From Nemertoderma westbladi (Eukaryota > Animalia > Xenacoelomorpha), in the NCBI GenBank assembly GCA_032718475.1, contig JAUCBJ010000201.1:1-38535 (forward strand): a DNA stretch of 38,535 bases, read 5' to 3'. A program made the position numbers and the translations under genes. Under the pieces are notes generated by a model. That model was not told the DNA's origin, did no database searches, and saw nothing but the letters and a program-made list of their open reading frames with translations. Shown piece by piece: positions 11,326-23,472 of the stretch (the stretch's first letter is position 1; each line of letters begins with the position of its first letter).

Positions 11326-12540
11326 TTAATACACCTTGGCCCTCAGCGTCCAAAACTTAATAAACATATCCCAGGCGAGATCCATATTTCCTTGGAATTC
11401 ATCTATAGTCATAACAATATCCCTCATAACGGCACCGGTATGTATATATGTACCTAACATACCGCATAGCATTGTATCATTTACAGAAACAGTTAAATCC
11501 GTTGTCAAAGACATACATTTCTTATGCATGTCCTCATTAAGCGCTCGTAATTCATCAACACCATCCTTGATTCGATTTTCCCCGCAAATTCGTATTGTTT
11601 CCCATAATGTCTTATTGAAGTGTTTATATAACATCCAATCACCAAGATTTAACTCTCGTATTCTATCTTTCATTATATCATCAATTTCATCGTCTTTAGG
11701 GGTGTTAGTAATATGTTTGACTTCATAAACTACATCCTGAGTATTCCAACACAGAAGTTCTTTCATAAGAATTAATGACTCGTCGAAATGTTCTAGAACT
11801 ATAATAAAGTCAAAATCCTTAGAAATCTCGTTAATAACTTTCTGAATCTCATTAACATCGTTATCATTCTTTAAGATGTATCCGAACTCGTATAACATTG
11901 GGTTAACAAACGCTCTTCCAAGGAATGTAACTGTCTCTGGGTGTTTCATAGAGTGATATAGAAAAGATTCATTAGTCTGTCGAATCGATGTCGAAAATAG
12001 GTTGTGTCCTCCGGAAGATTTGTTGTAATAGTTAATATAAGAAGGAATCAAAGATGCTGGGTCTCTTATGCTAGAAATATACATTGTATCAGCCGGCATA
12101 AAATCTCGAAAGGTGTGACTGTACCGAGAATGTAGGAATGAGACATTGGGATGTTTTGTGTTTACATTCATCTCTGTAACCCAATTGTAGTTCCAATCTG
12201 GGTACCCCAAAGTCTCCAACCGTCGCATGGATGGCACTGCTGGTTGCAGTTTGTGTTTCATCGCGTGGTTTATGAATATTGAGAGTGCGGTTGTCGAGCC
12301 TGTCTTGTGCATTTTAAACCAAAATATGTTCATTACGGGTTCAGTGCACTTCGTTATTGAATCTATATTATTTTTGTGTGTCGCGTAATTTATGTTGTTT
12401 AAAGATTTTGGATTTGGAAATATATGAGGTGATCCTTTGGTATCAGAATGGACGAATGGATTATTGCTATAGAGGAGCATAGCAATAACAAATAACATCC
12501 CGATAATCACAATAACATGTTGCATCTTATAACAGCGCAT
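11326..12540 (-). CDS. Galactose-3-O-sulfotransferase (GAL3ST family), single coding exon, type II membrane protein
   Basis: N-terminal TM anchor (VIVIIGMLFVIAMLLY), 5'-PSB FKMHKTGSTT, 3'-PB IRDPASLIPSYINY, FDFIIVLEHFDESLILMKELLCW and DWMLYKHFNKTLW. First in-frame ATG is at 12540; the track start at 12591 is a GTG. Confidence 0.92.
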   Translation of the reverse strand: MRCYKMQHVIVIIGMLFVIAMLLYSNNPFVHSDTKGSPHIFPNPKSLNNINYATHKNNIDSITKCTEPVMNIFWFKMHKTGSTTALSIFINHAMKHKLQPAVPSMRRLETLGYPDWNYNWVTEMNVNTKHPNVSFLHSRYSHTFRDFMPADTMYISSIRDPASLIPSYINYYNKSSGGHNLFSTSIRQTNESFLYHSMKHPETVTFLGRAFVNPMLYEFGYILKNDNDVNEIQKVINEISKDFDFIIVLEHFDESLILMKELLCWNTQDVVYEVKHITNTPKDDEIDDIMKDRIRELNLGDWMLYKHFNKTLWETIRICGENRIKDGVDELRALNEDMHKKCMSLTTDLTVSVNDTMLCGMLGTYIHTGAVMRDIVMTIDEFQGNMDLAWDMFIKFWTLRAKVY

Positions 12541-13059
12541 TATTTTTGTGCTAGATTTTATAATAACCAGCTTAGAACAGTGGAACAACACATTATTTAA
12601 TATTTACGTAATTTTATTTTGCTATACTTATAATTTCACTTTCATTTACAAATACAATTAAATAAAAATTTCACATTCGAAATCATTTTAATGTCTTCTT
12701 CATAAGTTTGTCTTACTTTCACTTTGAATACTTTTGACATTTTTACAACCATCGGTGACACTCAGGGCTCAGGACTAGAGGCCGCCGTTTCCTAAGGAAA
12801 ACGTGGGTCTTTACTAGAACACGGTCATCTACCCCCTAAAAATAACATTACAATGAAAACACGTTCGTGGGGGCCTTCGCGCAGCACGAGACTAGGCTAA
12901 CCCGAGAAAGCTGTAATCCGAGTTATTGTTTAGAATTAGTATTAGTTATTGTAGTATTATTATTAGATATTAGTTATTAATTGTTTAATATTTATATTTT
13001 TTGGTATCGAGGCATAGACCCTTACTCACGCACTCATCATTCACGAGTTATTGTTTGGC

Positions 13060-13612
13060 CAACTATTTCGTTAGCTCTCGTTCTATTACAGCTACTTTTA
13101 CGTTTCTGTCAATTCGCCCCCTAGCGGCAAAGAGAGGGACCAAATAAGTCTGTATTTGTGTAGACTGTCTATGTCTAATTCAGCAATGCTCATAGATCAC
13201 TCCTACCAAATTTCAGATGAATCGGATGGTTGGTTCTATAAGTACAGCTACTTCTACGTTTCAGTCAATTAGCCCCCTAGCGGCAGACATAGGAACTGTA
13301 GAAATCGGTCCTTGTGTATAATTTCTAACTTTTGAGAGACTACATGTGTACCAAGTTTGGTTCCATTTCATCCATGATTGACTGACTTCTTTCGGTTTTT
13401 ATCAAAAGTCTGAAACTACCGGTACCGCATGACAGACTGCCAGAATTTTTACCAAATCTAAACTTTTGACGTACTACATAGGTACAAAGATTGGTTTAAT
13501 TACATCACGGAATAACTGAGTAATTAGCTATCAAAAATTTACGACGACGACAGACAACTCGATAATGGTACCCCTACACTAAGGCTTCGCTTACTTCGTG
13601 ACTCGCCCCACA
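13060..13612 (+). mobile_element. Non-autonomous Helentron/HINE-like element with ~156-bp internal subrepeats
   Basis: acagctactt.tacgtttc.gtcaatt.gccccctagcggca occurs twice (~13088 and ~13244); GACA repeats and a 3' hairpin; 13357-13612 aligns with 15440-15708. Confidence 0.6.
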
Positions 13613-14372
13613 AAAGGGATTGAAACAACAATTAATTTTTATTAACTTAATTGGACTTGTAAATTAAAATAAAATAAAAATATAGCGAAACTTAAATAAC
13701 GCGAAAATTAACCACAACACAGAGGTGTAACAATTTCATTATTGCAAACTTAGCCATTAGATAGGTAACCAACCCACAGCATTTATATTAATAGAATGCT
13801 GCCTTGCAGCAAAAGTTAATTATATGTCTAAATAGGATACTTAGTAACAAGTATGTTAATGACAAGCTGTGGTTCTGATTATTTATGATTAATAATAATA
13901 ATAAATAAGCGATTACTGATAGTAGGAAGAGGTATTATACAGTAGTGGATTAAAATATAATCGAAAGCGTTTGGTCTATCAATCTGAGAATCAAATAATT
14001 ATTCTAACAGTGATTGGTAACAGGTGTTTGAATATGATAAATTAATAATATGGTTATGTAATGAGAATCGGGCGCGTTCTTACGGTAAAGGGATCTGATT
14101 CGAGCTACAAATAAACTACTTTGTCTAGTCGGGCCGGGCCTATTACTGAGTTATATAATATGCACCACCCCCGGAATAGTGTTGGAATGCAGTAACATAC
14201 CACCTTTGCACCATTTCCAATTGCAATGACATATTTCGAGCAGTAATGACGAAAAAATAGAATATTTCCGAAATTCCCAGTATTACTTCGGGAGGTGGCC
14301 CATTCCATGAAAATGTCACCCTCCTCCCCACTAATTTTGAAAAATAAGATTTATCTTCGATTTTCAGATAGG

Positions 14373-14584
14373 AGGGGGGGTGGGGGGGGGGGGGGGGGGG
14401 GGGTGAGAGAAACTGGACGCAATAAATATTCATCCCTCTCCAGGGGAAATTCGACGCAAATAACAGCTGATTCTTCTCAAAAATAAAACTGTAACCTGTT
14501 CTATTGTGCTTAGTTTATTGTTTTGGTTAAAATAGCGTACCACTGTAACCTGCTCCTTTCCCTAAATTGAGAATTTAACATTGA
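14373..14584 (+). repeat. Dispersed repeat, copy 2
   Basis: G-run followed by sequence homologous to 2782-2945. Confidence 0.7.
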
Positions 14585-15434
14585 GACGGGATATTAATTC
14601 ATTTTTACTTATTTATACATATTATACATATTTATACTTATTCTAGGTCAACATTTATCATGAATTCAATGCTAAAACATACATAACACAGGTGGTTTCT
14701 CCAAAATAGTCGAAATACAGATTATGCACCGCACCTAGTCTGCACAAAATATGAATAAAAATGTGCAAAGTTTTGTATGCTGTAGGCACTTCCAATGACA
14801 CATAAAATAACATTTGTGAGGTTGTACCAAATCAAAAACAAACCCATTTCCGTTTTTCTTGGTTTCACTTAATTTGACCAGTGCTTTATTCCGACACTGA
14901 AATTAAATCGATAAAGTTTGTAATGTGATGTCCCGAACTTAACCTAAAATAGTTTTTTTCACAAAGAAGTAACTCAGCCTAATCACCCAGTGGAATGCAA
15001 AAAGCACGTTTGTGTGGCGTCATCGTATGAAAGAATTAGTTTCATCTTCACTCCCTCAGAAATATCATGGCGGCCAAATGAAAATTGTCCCATACATTAC
15101 CATGAAAATGGCGATTATATTAGTGCGCTGTATTAATGTAATATGTGAAGTCAGAAGTGTTATAATACTTTAAGGTCATAGTAGGCCGTAAGCATAGGAA
15201 AATATATTTGAACTGATAATCATTCCTCATGCATCTATAATCTTTGGGTTTATGCATGTATAATATCACTTCTGTAAATATCACGCTTTGCAATAAATAT
15301 CACAAGATTTAGTTTTTTTTAGCAGATAAGGCCAGTAAGTACAGTAATTGATACAATTTCAGAAACTGGAAGTTTAATAGTTTATCCAGTGTACTGCAGT
15401 AGTCACAGTAGTGTCAATGCGTACCAGTATTCGT

Positions 15435-15708
15435 CGAAGTTTGGTTCAATTTCAACAATGGTTGACGGACTTATTTCGGTTTTTATCAAAAGTCTGAAAC
15501 TACCGGTACCAACAGACAGACAATCTGATATTTGACCAACCCTCAGATTCTTTCTAAACTTTTGACAGACAGCATACGTAAAAGTTTGGTTTCATTTCAT
15601 CAATAAATGAAAGAGTTATTAGCGATCAAAATATTAGACAATGACAGACGACTCGTCAATGGTACCCATACCCATATGTAAAGACTTCAATTTGTGTCTC
15701 GCCCCACA
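15435..15708 (+). mobile_element. 3' part of the same Helentron-like element
   Basis: ttcggtttttatcaaaagtctgaaactaccggtacc and terminal ctcgccccaca are shared with 13390-13612. Confidence 0.65.
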
Positions 15709-17480
15709 TTTTACATCCACATCTTGGTTGGAAATACTTAGTTGCACTTTATTATCACTAATTATCTGGAAATTACTGTTAGATTAAGTGTAAAGAGACC
15801 ATTTCGACCATGAAATTTGCACAGGTCCCGTACTTTACCTAGCAATGTCCCACACTTTACCACACAAACCTCGTTATAAAAAATGGCAATGTAGCAATTC
15901 GCCTGATATTTATATATTTATTTAAGCTTAATAATACAGCTTTATCATAAACATCAACTCAACAACACCGTACCTGCGCACAATTCGCTAAACTTCAGAA
16001 TTCAAATTATAAATTATATAAAACTATTTCGTATGAATCCGTACTTTACCTTGATTAGACAAGCTAGTATCTTCCCAAATGTGACTGAGTCCCTCTATAA
16101 TCTTAGCGAAATCAAAGCTAACATTCGAAAGTTTAATCCAAGTACAATTTTGTGCACATATGTGCTGTGGATAACATTGTACACAGGCAATAAAATTTCA
16201 AAATTGTGTACGAATATCCCGTACTTTACTTTGGAATGAGTCAGGAGTGTCTCTGGGGAACTTTACGATTTTTGAACTGGTGTAAAGTTTTGTTGCTCTC
16301 TGAAGGTTTCTAGGTAGATCATTTCATCGTTAGTACGATATAGAGGATTGGGTTAGATTAGATTGGTAAATAAAATAACGTGAGTTGGTAGGTTAGACTA
16401 CAGGCTGTACGGTACGAGATGCGAGTGGGACGAGTATGGAATGATTTGGCAAGTGTGAAATCGATCTTTATAGTTGGGAACCTCCATAGTTTGCGACCAG
16501 CCATGTAAGTAAATCCCCCATTCATGTTCTTTTTATCAGGAGGGAGGGTAGGGTGGTCTGGTACTGGGTTTTGGAAATTCGCGGTTACTTACCGAGATTG
16601 TGCAATAACTCGTTTGTTAAGCGGTGTTAAATTTTATGCAATTAAATTTACACAGTCCAACACACCCAGCCATAACCTTGAGAAGTGAAAATGCATGCGA
16701 TTCTATATGATTCCATACCATCGGTAGCTTATTCGATGCTTAACACGCCTTGTCCTTTCGTATTCTACGTAGCAGTAAACTTATAAATGACCAACCAAGC
16801 CTTCCAATGACTGAACACAATAGCGGTTGATGTTGACTTTCTAGCGGGAATTCACGTTTACACTGGTTCATGTTGATCTTTGTAGCATTTAGATATTAGA
16901 AATAGACCAACATTGGATGCAGCATGTTCTAGACTACTGAGTAGTCTTTGTTTGGGCACGAACCAATGTTTCTGATATTAAACACAAATCATAAGCAAAG
17001 TATTGGACTACCTCTGGAAGGGTAAGATATACTTTTGTCCTTCAGTCTGTATTTAGTATTCCATTAACAACTCCTGACTTAATAATTTAAAATAGATCAT
17101 CATTTAATAATAATGAATTACTACAATACAGTGTTTATTAGTGGAAAAATGTGGTAGGACCTAGATAGGGCTCGAACCAGCACTATACAATAATGTTCCA
17201 CCACAACCCGATCATAGGAAGGCGGTATAACGACTGAACGACTCTTCCCATTGCGTCTTCTGCCACTTAACCTACTGTAGAATCGAATGACTTGCGCCAA
17301 ATTAAAATTATAAGAATATGAAACCACTTTTTGTAGCAGCATACACACAACACACCCAACTGCAGCTACTATACCTTTATAAATAATAAACAATAATATT
17401 TACACAATTTTTGGATTTACTATAAAATATGTTTAATGTCAAATCTAAAATAAGTTACTGGTAGATCGTAACTTAACTAT

Positions 17481-18590
17481 AGTGCTGATTGAGGCCAATT
17501 CTTGCTTTTATTATATACAAAAGATAACTTGTGTTGTAATTCAACCAATAATCTCTACATAAAGCTATAAAAGCTATAAGAAGAATATAATGTAAAAGAT
17601 ATAGGCCTAAAAGCCAATAAATTTTAAAAGATAAATACAAATTAATAAATGAATCACTATTTGATTTTTTTACAATAAATTGAAAGGAGAAATTGTAAAT
17701 GTCTGCTTGTTGCTTTGGAACCTATCATACTGGTAAATGTGTTAACGAAGCCTAATACAATATCCTGTTAGACTATGAGCCTCGTTTAGATATTAGCGCT
17801 CATCACTGAGCTTTTTTGGTCTGGTTTTACGCACCAGGAGATTCAAAGTCAACTAAATATTCCACGGCGCTCACGTATCTGCAGAAATGGCCTGTGTTAA
17901 CACTTTACACGTCAACACACTTTAACCCTCGTTAACACTTCAACACGTAGACATTTTAGAGGAGCGACTTAGCGACATAAAAGGGTGAAATTGCGACAAA
18001 TGTGACAAGTATTTGTATGTGAGTTGGGTATATAACAATAATGAGATTAAAAAAAAATTGTGAAAACAAACTTTAGTTCAGTGACTTTTGATTGACTGAA
18101 CTTGAACTTCTAGATAGTTATCAATTTAGTTCCAGAGCATCGTAAATTTGTCTAATCATTTAATAATATTTATCATTACGCTGTTACAATATAGTAAGTT
18201 TATTAACACAGATTATCCACTAAACTAGGGGATTTAACTTGTATTATGGAAATTTCATTAGAATTTAACATAAAAAAAAAAATTATGTTCCACTACAGAT
18301 ATTTTTGGAGGCAGGGATTGTTGTCATCTATATAGGGGTCGGGACCCATAGATAGTTATAAAAAAAAACGTTTTTCACTTTATGTCATCTTTTTTTTCGC
18401 TACCGGTAAGCCACTCCACTATTTATAATATATATTTTATTTGTATGTAAAAATTAAAAATAGTAATTATTTACGAATTACACTTTATATTTTAAAACGC
18501 ATTGGCTACTTTGGGGATTACTGGTGTAATTACAATTTATCTTATTTTTTGTAGTAATTTTGAAGATAAAAATTGGCCTCAATCAGCCAC
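17481..18590. mobile_element. Possible old non-autonomous TIR element (~1.1 kb)
   Basis: Perfect 17-bp inverted repeat gctgattgaggccaatt (17484-17500) / aattggcctcaatcagc (18571-18587); no clear TSD. Confidence 0.45.
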
Positions 18591-18735
18591 CGAGGGTACC
18601 AATTTCAATATTAATTAACATTAATACATATCACACGCAATACTATATACATAGTGGAGTGACCTACTGCTACAGTTATCTAATACCCGGCATATTAAAA
18701 TCACGATATAGAAAAACCGGTGCAACGCTACACGT

Positions 18736-19407
18736 TTAGTCTTGTGCCGGGAACACTACGTGGCAGTTAGGATTCTGGTAATTTTCCTTTGTGTACAGAA
18801 AAGGATAAACTAAATACTTGGACTTTCCTCCACCTAAGTCCACGGTTATACCATCGCCGGTGTAGGTTGGGTCCCCATTGTAGAGGTACTGATGGGCCGC
18901 GGTACCTGGGTTAGTCAACCAACCAATGGGATACTTCCTACCAATATACGCGCCAACGATGAAAAATAAAAACAAGAAAAAGGCCTGCCAGTTGTACTTA
19001 TTAATGTTCATGACGTGATGAGTGACGTCATTGTTTCTCCATATAATTGTGCACTGGTACAGATGGTCGTGGATTTCTAGAGGTTCTCCGAAGTTTCTGC
19101 GCTGTTCCGGGAAGTCGTAACCCCCGTACCCGCGGGCTTCTTCGGGGGTAAGTTTAGCGTCGAAGTGGCGAGATATAATCTTAGGATAGTCGCCCGTACT
19201 GGTTTCCTCCGGGTAGGTTTCGTACTCCAGGGGGTGCAGGCCGTACTTGAGGGCGGCTGCCTCACGTTCGAGGTTATTTCGCGGCAACAGCGTGGGTTTC
19301 AGATGGCGGTGGATGTCTGGGGCGTCGGGGCGATGGGCGGTACGCGAGATCGAGCGGGAGTAAAGATGGAAAGTAGCCCGGGTTGACGGGGCGAAACAGA
19401 GAATCAT
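18736..19407 (-). CDS. NDUFB8: NADH:ubiquinone oxidoreductase subunit B8 (ASHI), intronless CDS
   Basis: Arg/Ser-rich presequence-like N-terminus; EREAAALKYGLHPLEYETYP, GDYPKI and YDFPEQRRNFGEPL match NDUFB8 motifs (ERAAAAKKY...YEPYP, GDYPKL, WD...R.NWGEP); single TM helix, then QYLYN. Confidence 0.9.
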   Translation of the reverse strand: MILCFAPSTRATFHLYSRSISRTAHRPDAPDIHRHLKPTLLPRNNLEREAAALKYGLHPLEYETYPEETSTGDYPKIISRHFDAKLTPEEARGYGGYDFPEQRRNFGEPLEIHDHLYQCTIIWRNNDVTHHVMNINKYNWQAFFLFLFFIVGAYIGRKYPIGWLTNPGTAAHQYLYNGDPTYTGDGITVDLGGGKSKYLVYPFLYTKENYQNPNCHVVFPAQD

Positions 19408-19774
19408 TGTCAGTTTATTTGTGATACCGGCACGGGCGGTACCGGTAATGGTACTGTCTGTCTGAGGCCTAGCAGCGCAGCATGCGTTGGGTGTTACAGA
19501 CCACCGTATTCTGGTATTACAGTATTACGGTACTGGTACTATCAGTATTATTATCAAGCAATCATCCGCCAGTCCGTACCAAGCTACCACGTACCGGTAC
19601 CAGTCAGCCAGTAGTTATTAGACCTATCTCAGTATCTGCCTATAGCTAAGAGTTGATCGTTAGGCAGTTAGGCCTACTGGCTACTGCGTTAGGCAAAGGT
19701 CTGAAGGTGTAGGCAACTTCAGAACTTCCAGACTTCAGCGGTACCGGCAGACCGGTACTGCAGTACGTATTTTG

Positions 19775-20895
19775 GGGTAAATCTTTTCGACCTACGCGTA
19801 GGCCTACGCGTAGCTACGCGTAGTTTGTAACTTCCATTCCTGTCATTTACCGGTAGGGCCAGACTTACTGCCTTTTTAACAACTACGCGTAGGTGTTTTA
19901 AAACTACGCGTAGTTATTTTGGAACTACGCGTAGGTATTTTGAAACTACGCTTAGGTGCTACGCGTAGCTACGCGTAGGTGCTACGCGTAGCAGTCCTGA
20001 TAACAATGATTTTTCATTTCAGGTCCTGTAGGGTTGAGTTGTTAGGCAAGTATCGGTATATGTCAGGTATCTGATTATCAGACAAATGTAATAACAGAAT
20101 CGGAAACTCATATCTCTACATACAGCACTGGTAATAAATAATATTCGGCTCTTTCACATACAAACACAGAGGATGAATAAAAAGTAAACATGAAATTCAC
20201 GTCTCATGATTCAAGTATCTTTGTTTCCATTGGATTATTTAAATATTGAACAGTAGTAAATAAAGCGACCAGTCTACCGGTGAAGAGGTTAAGCGAAAGC
20301 TGATAAATACTGCATATAATCAAATTGTTTGGTCAAATGACAAGTGCAAACAATCATGGTAGACAATTTAGTCTCCCCCTTCCCTTGTCAAGGGGTTAAC
20401 ATATTAAATACAGTATATCCTTGCCCTATCGTGAACAAAGGCAATAAAAAGCATAGAGAGTCGATAAGAACCATCGGCCTATTTCCTTTGTAAACTATTT
20501 TTGAACTCTAAACATTAATTATTAACACATTTTACCGCCCGCAACGCATGAAGTGAAGAATATGTAGTTTTCGCGTATTCCTCTATATAGAGTATACAGG
20601 TATAGGATACATTACTGTTGAAAGCATTTGATGGTTGTGGGTTGTTTATTGAACATACCGTATTGTGTCTTATTTTAGTACTGACTCGCTTGGAATACGT
20701 AAGCCTACTAATGTTAAACGACGTACTGACGTATAGGCATAGTTATGGGTAGCACCTATGCGTAGGTCGCGTAGGACCTACGCGTAGCTACGCGTAGCAC
20801 CTACGCGTAGTTATTGTTAAAACTCTGAAACTGGTGATATATAACCCAATGTTGCGAACTACGCGTAGCTACGCGTAGGTCGAAAAGATTTACCC
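19775..20895. mobile_element. Mutator (MULE)-type non-autonomous element, 1121 bp
   Basis: TIR gggtaaatcttttcgacctacgcgtag / ctacgcgtaggtcgaaaagatttaccc; perfect 9-bp TSD cgtattttg (19766-19774, 20896-20904); subterminal CTACGCGTAG repeats. Confidence 0.9.
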
Positions 20896-21112
20896 CGTAT
20901 TTTGCTTTAGTACCGCTGTACCGGTATTAGTATCTAGTACGCCTATCCGACGTAGGGAGGGCCTCATCCATAATCAGTCAATCAGTGCAATTACTGAATT
21001 ACAGTTTGTTAGGCAGTTAGGCCTACAGGTAGGTCTACGTCAGTCAGTAGGGACTAGGGAGTCACGTAATTATGTCAGGATGGGGGGGGTTGTCACGATT
21101 TCCAATTCAGCT

Positions 21113-21813
21113 ATTGGGGTGTTGTTTCAGCCTTCTCATAGGGTTAATGTTAAATGAATATTGAAAAAGTAGTGCCTAAATGTAAAATTTTTACTGTAAA
21201 CTGTGTTCCTAAATTTAGTTTATTGTTTTGGTTAGAAAAGCCCGCCATTATAACCTGCTACTTTCCTGCTACATCAAGGTACCTAAAATCGTGACTATCG
21301 AAATTAAATCTTCGGGAAATTAAGTTTATATGTTCAAATAGGCTGAAACGACACCCCAAGAGCAATTTGCCTTGGTGGTTTCTTCTCCAACATTTTATTG
21401 TGCAATTCGTTATTTAAAATATTCTGTTCCGTTTATTTTAATTTAATTTGTCGAACTGGAGTGAAAAATACAATACAATTGGTAATATGCGTACGGGGGT
21501 GGGTTTGTCATTGTCAGTTTGTGGGTATACCTACATTTTGTTGGGCAGTATACAGTAGGACTAACCAAATGGGGTGTCGCTGCAGCCTATTTTAACATAT
21601 TAACTTAATTTCGCGAATATTTTATTTCAATATTAAACCATTTAAGGTACCTTTTAAAGGAAAGTAGCAGGTTATAATGGCAGGGTTTTTTCCAACCAAA
21701 ACAATAAACTCAATTTAGGAACACAGTTTACAGTAAAGTTTTTACTTCTAGGGACTAATTTTCAATATTAATTTAATATTAACCCTATGAGAAGGCTGAA
21801 ACAACACTCCAAT
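21113..21813. mobile_element. Fold-back structure made of two inverted ~245-bp MITE-like units
   Basis: 21113-21359 is the diverged reverse complement of 21570-21813; each arm has its own ggggtgt.g.t.cagcct...aggctgaaac.acac.cc termini. Confidence 0.8.
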
Positions 21814-22485
21814 TGGCTTTTGCATACTGCAGTGGCAGCCTAAACCCTAATTAAACTGTCAGGTAACCCTAACCCTAAGTCATAAATTCTAAGAAATTCA
21901 GTAACTCCCTAATGGCCCGGCCTTTAACCCTAACCAAAATAATAAATCAAATATACCCATAATATAAAATCCTTCATAGCCTCACCAAATTCACTGTACA
22001 AACTCGTGAATTAATAGAAATTTAGTATTCTGTATTGCTGTAATTGACAACAAAATAAATAGTTGGTGTCGTCGTGGTTGACGTTAACATTTTAACATGA
22101 TAATAACTTTGTCGGATTTAAAGCTGTCGAACTAAAAATTTGTAGGAATCAATAAGAGCAGAGTTTGAGTTTAGAGACTTTCGGACACCATCTGTTCACA
22201 AACAGGTTTACTATTATATACCCTTTTATTAATACTAAGTAATATTTAGTATTGGACATTATTGATAATTCAAGGGTGACGCACGGCCCTTCAGGCCTAT
22301 AGCAATATTAATATTGTCCGAAATTCCGCAAAATTTCTCAGATTCTGATTTAGGTTGGCGGTTATCACCTTTTTAATTGGATTTAATCTAAAATGTAACA
22401 TTGTTTTAACTCCGATGCTCCTTTGTTTTATGAAAAAACAGTTGTTATTCCTCTGTCAGATAACAGATTACATGTGGCTATATAT

Positions 22486-23140
22486 CAGCCCTCGCATGGG
22501 GATTTTTAGCAATAAAAAAAGGTAAAAAAGGTATATCATTTTCATAAAATTTAATTAGCCCACTAAAATCAAATTACCGTCTTTAATCTAATAAGCACCT
22601 TAGTCTCTAATAAGCGCCCCCCTTCAAATAAACGCCCATCCATTTAGCAACTTAAACGCCCTCCTCAAATAAACGTCCCCCCGATTGGCAATTTATAAAC
22701 ATAAACGCCCAGGCTTTTATATTCAAGTAAATACGGTAGTTTATATTGATATTGATCTATTCATATTGCGTTAAATCTGGGTTTATTAAAAATTAAAGCT
22801 AATTAATTAATAAAGTTAATTTAATTAAACATAATAATGAGTTACGCTGTCGCATTCGACACTTTCTTTCTGTATATATGTTGGCCTAGCATGTAGGGTA
22901 TCATCAGTACATGGTTTAGCTGTTCGGAAATGTTTCGATTCATTCGCTTACTACTAGCGATGGTTTGGGTATATTTAGGCTGACATATTTGAATAACCTA
23001 TAATTAGCACATAATGTTTTGCATTATTGATTGCATTAATTAATTTAGGCTGTTATTTCCACTTCTCCCATCTTCAGAAAAACAGGTAAATGTCTGAGAA
23101 AAAGATAAAAAAGGTAAAAAAGGTGTAAATGTGAGGCCTG
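22486..23140. mobile_element. Possible degenerate hAT-like MITE
   Basis: cagccctcgcat...atgtgaggcctg termini (10/12 match); subterminal aaaaaaggtaaaaaaggt near both ends; no TSD. Confidence 0.4.
22577..22736. mobile_element. pogo/Tigger-like MITE (160 bp)
   Basis: TA|ccgtcttta...taaatacgg|TA termini; internal repeated aata(a)gcgccc/aaacgccc motifs. Confidence 0.65.
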
Positions 23141-23472
23141 TATTATAATATAATTTTCTCGTGGGGTAGGGGGGCGGGAGTGGGGCGAATACCCTCCTTA
23201 TAATATTTACTTTATTGGAGATGGAGAGCTTTTAAAAAATGAACATTATAACAATTTTTTAACATCTATCCTTTGCCATGGTAACAAGGTGGAAGGTCAG
23301 CTACGCCTTTGTTGTTATGAATGGAAATGGAATATCACACAACTAAAGGTATATTTAGATTTTAGTGATACTGTATTTATTGATAAAATAAACATATAAG
23401 TTACATTATACACAAAAAGTTAATATTAATAGTTAATATAATATAGTTAATATTGGTAACGGTAACACCAAC

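Noticed and set aside
15820-16232. Repeated ccgtactttac motif as a TIR element
   Set aside because: All copies are in direct orientation and no opposite end or TSD was found.
17121-17393. 90-aa ORF
   Set aside because: No recognisable motif or splice support.
21840-21935. Interstitial telomere (taaccc)
   Set aside because: Only a few scattered units, not an array.
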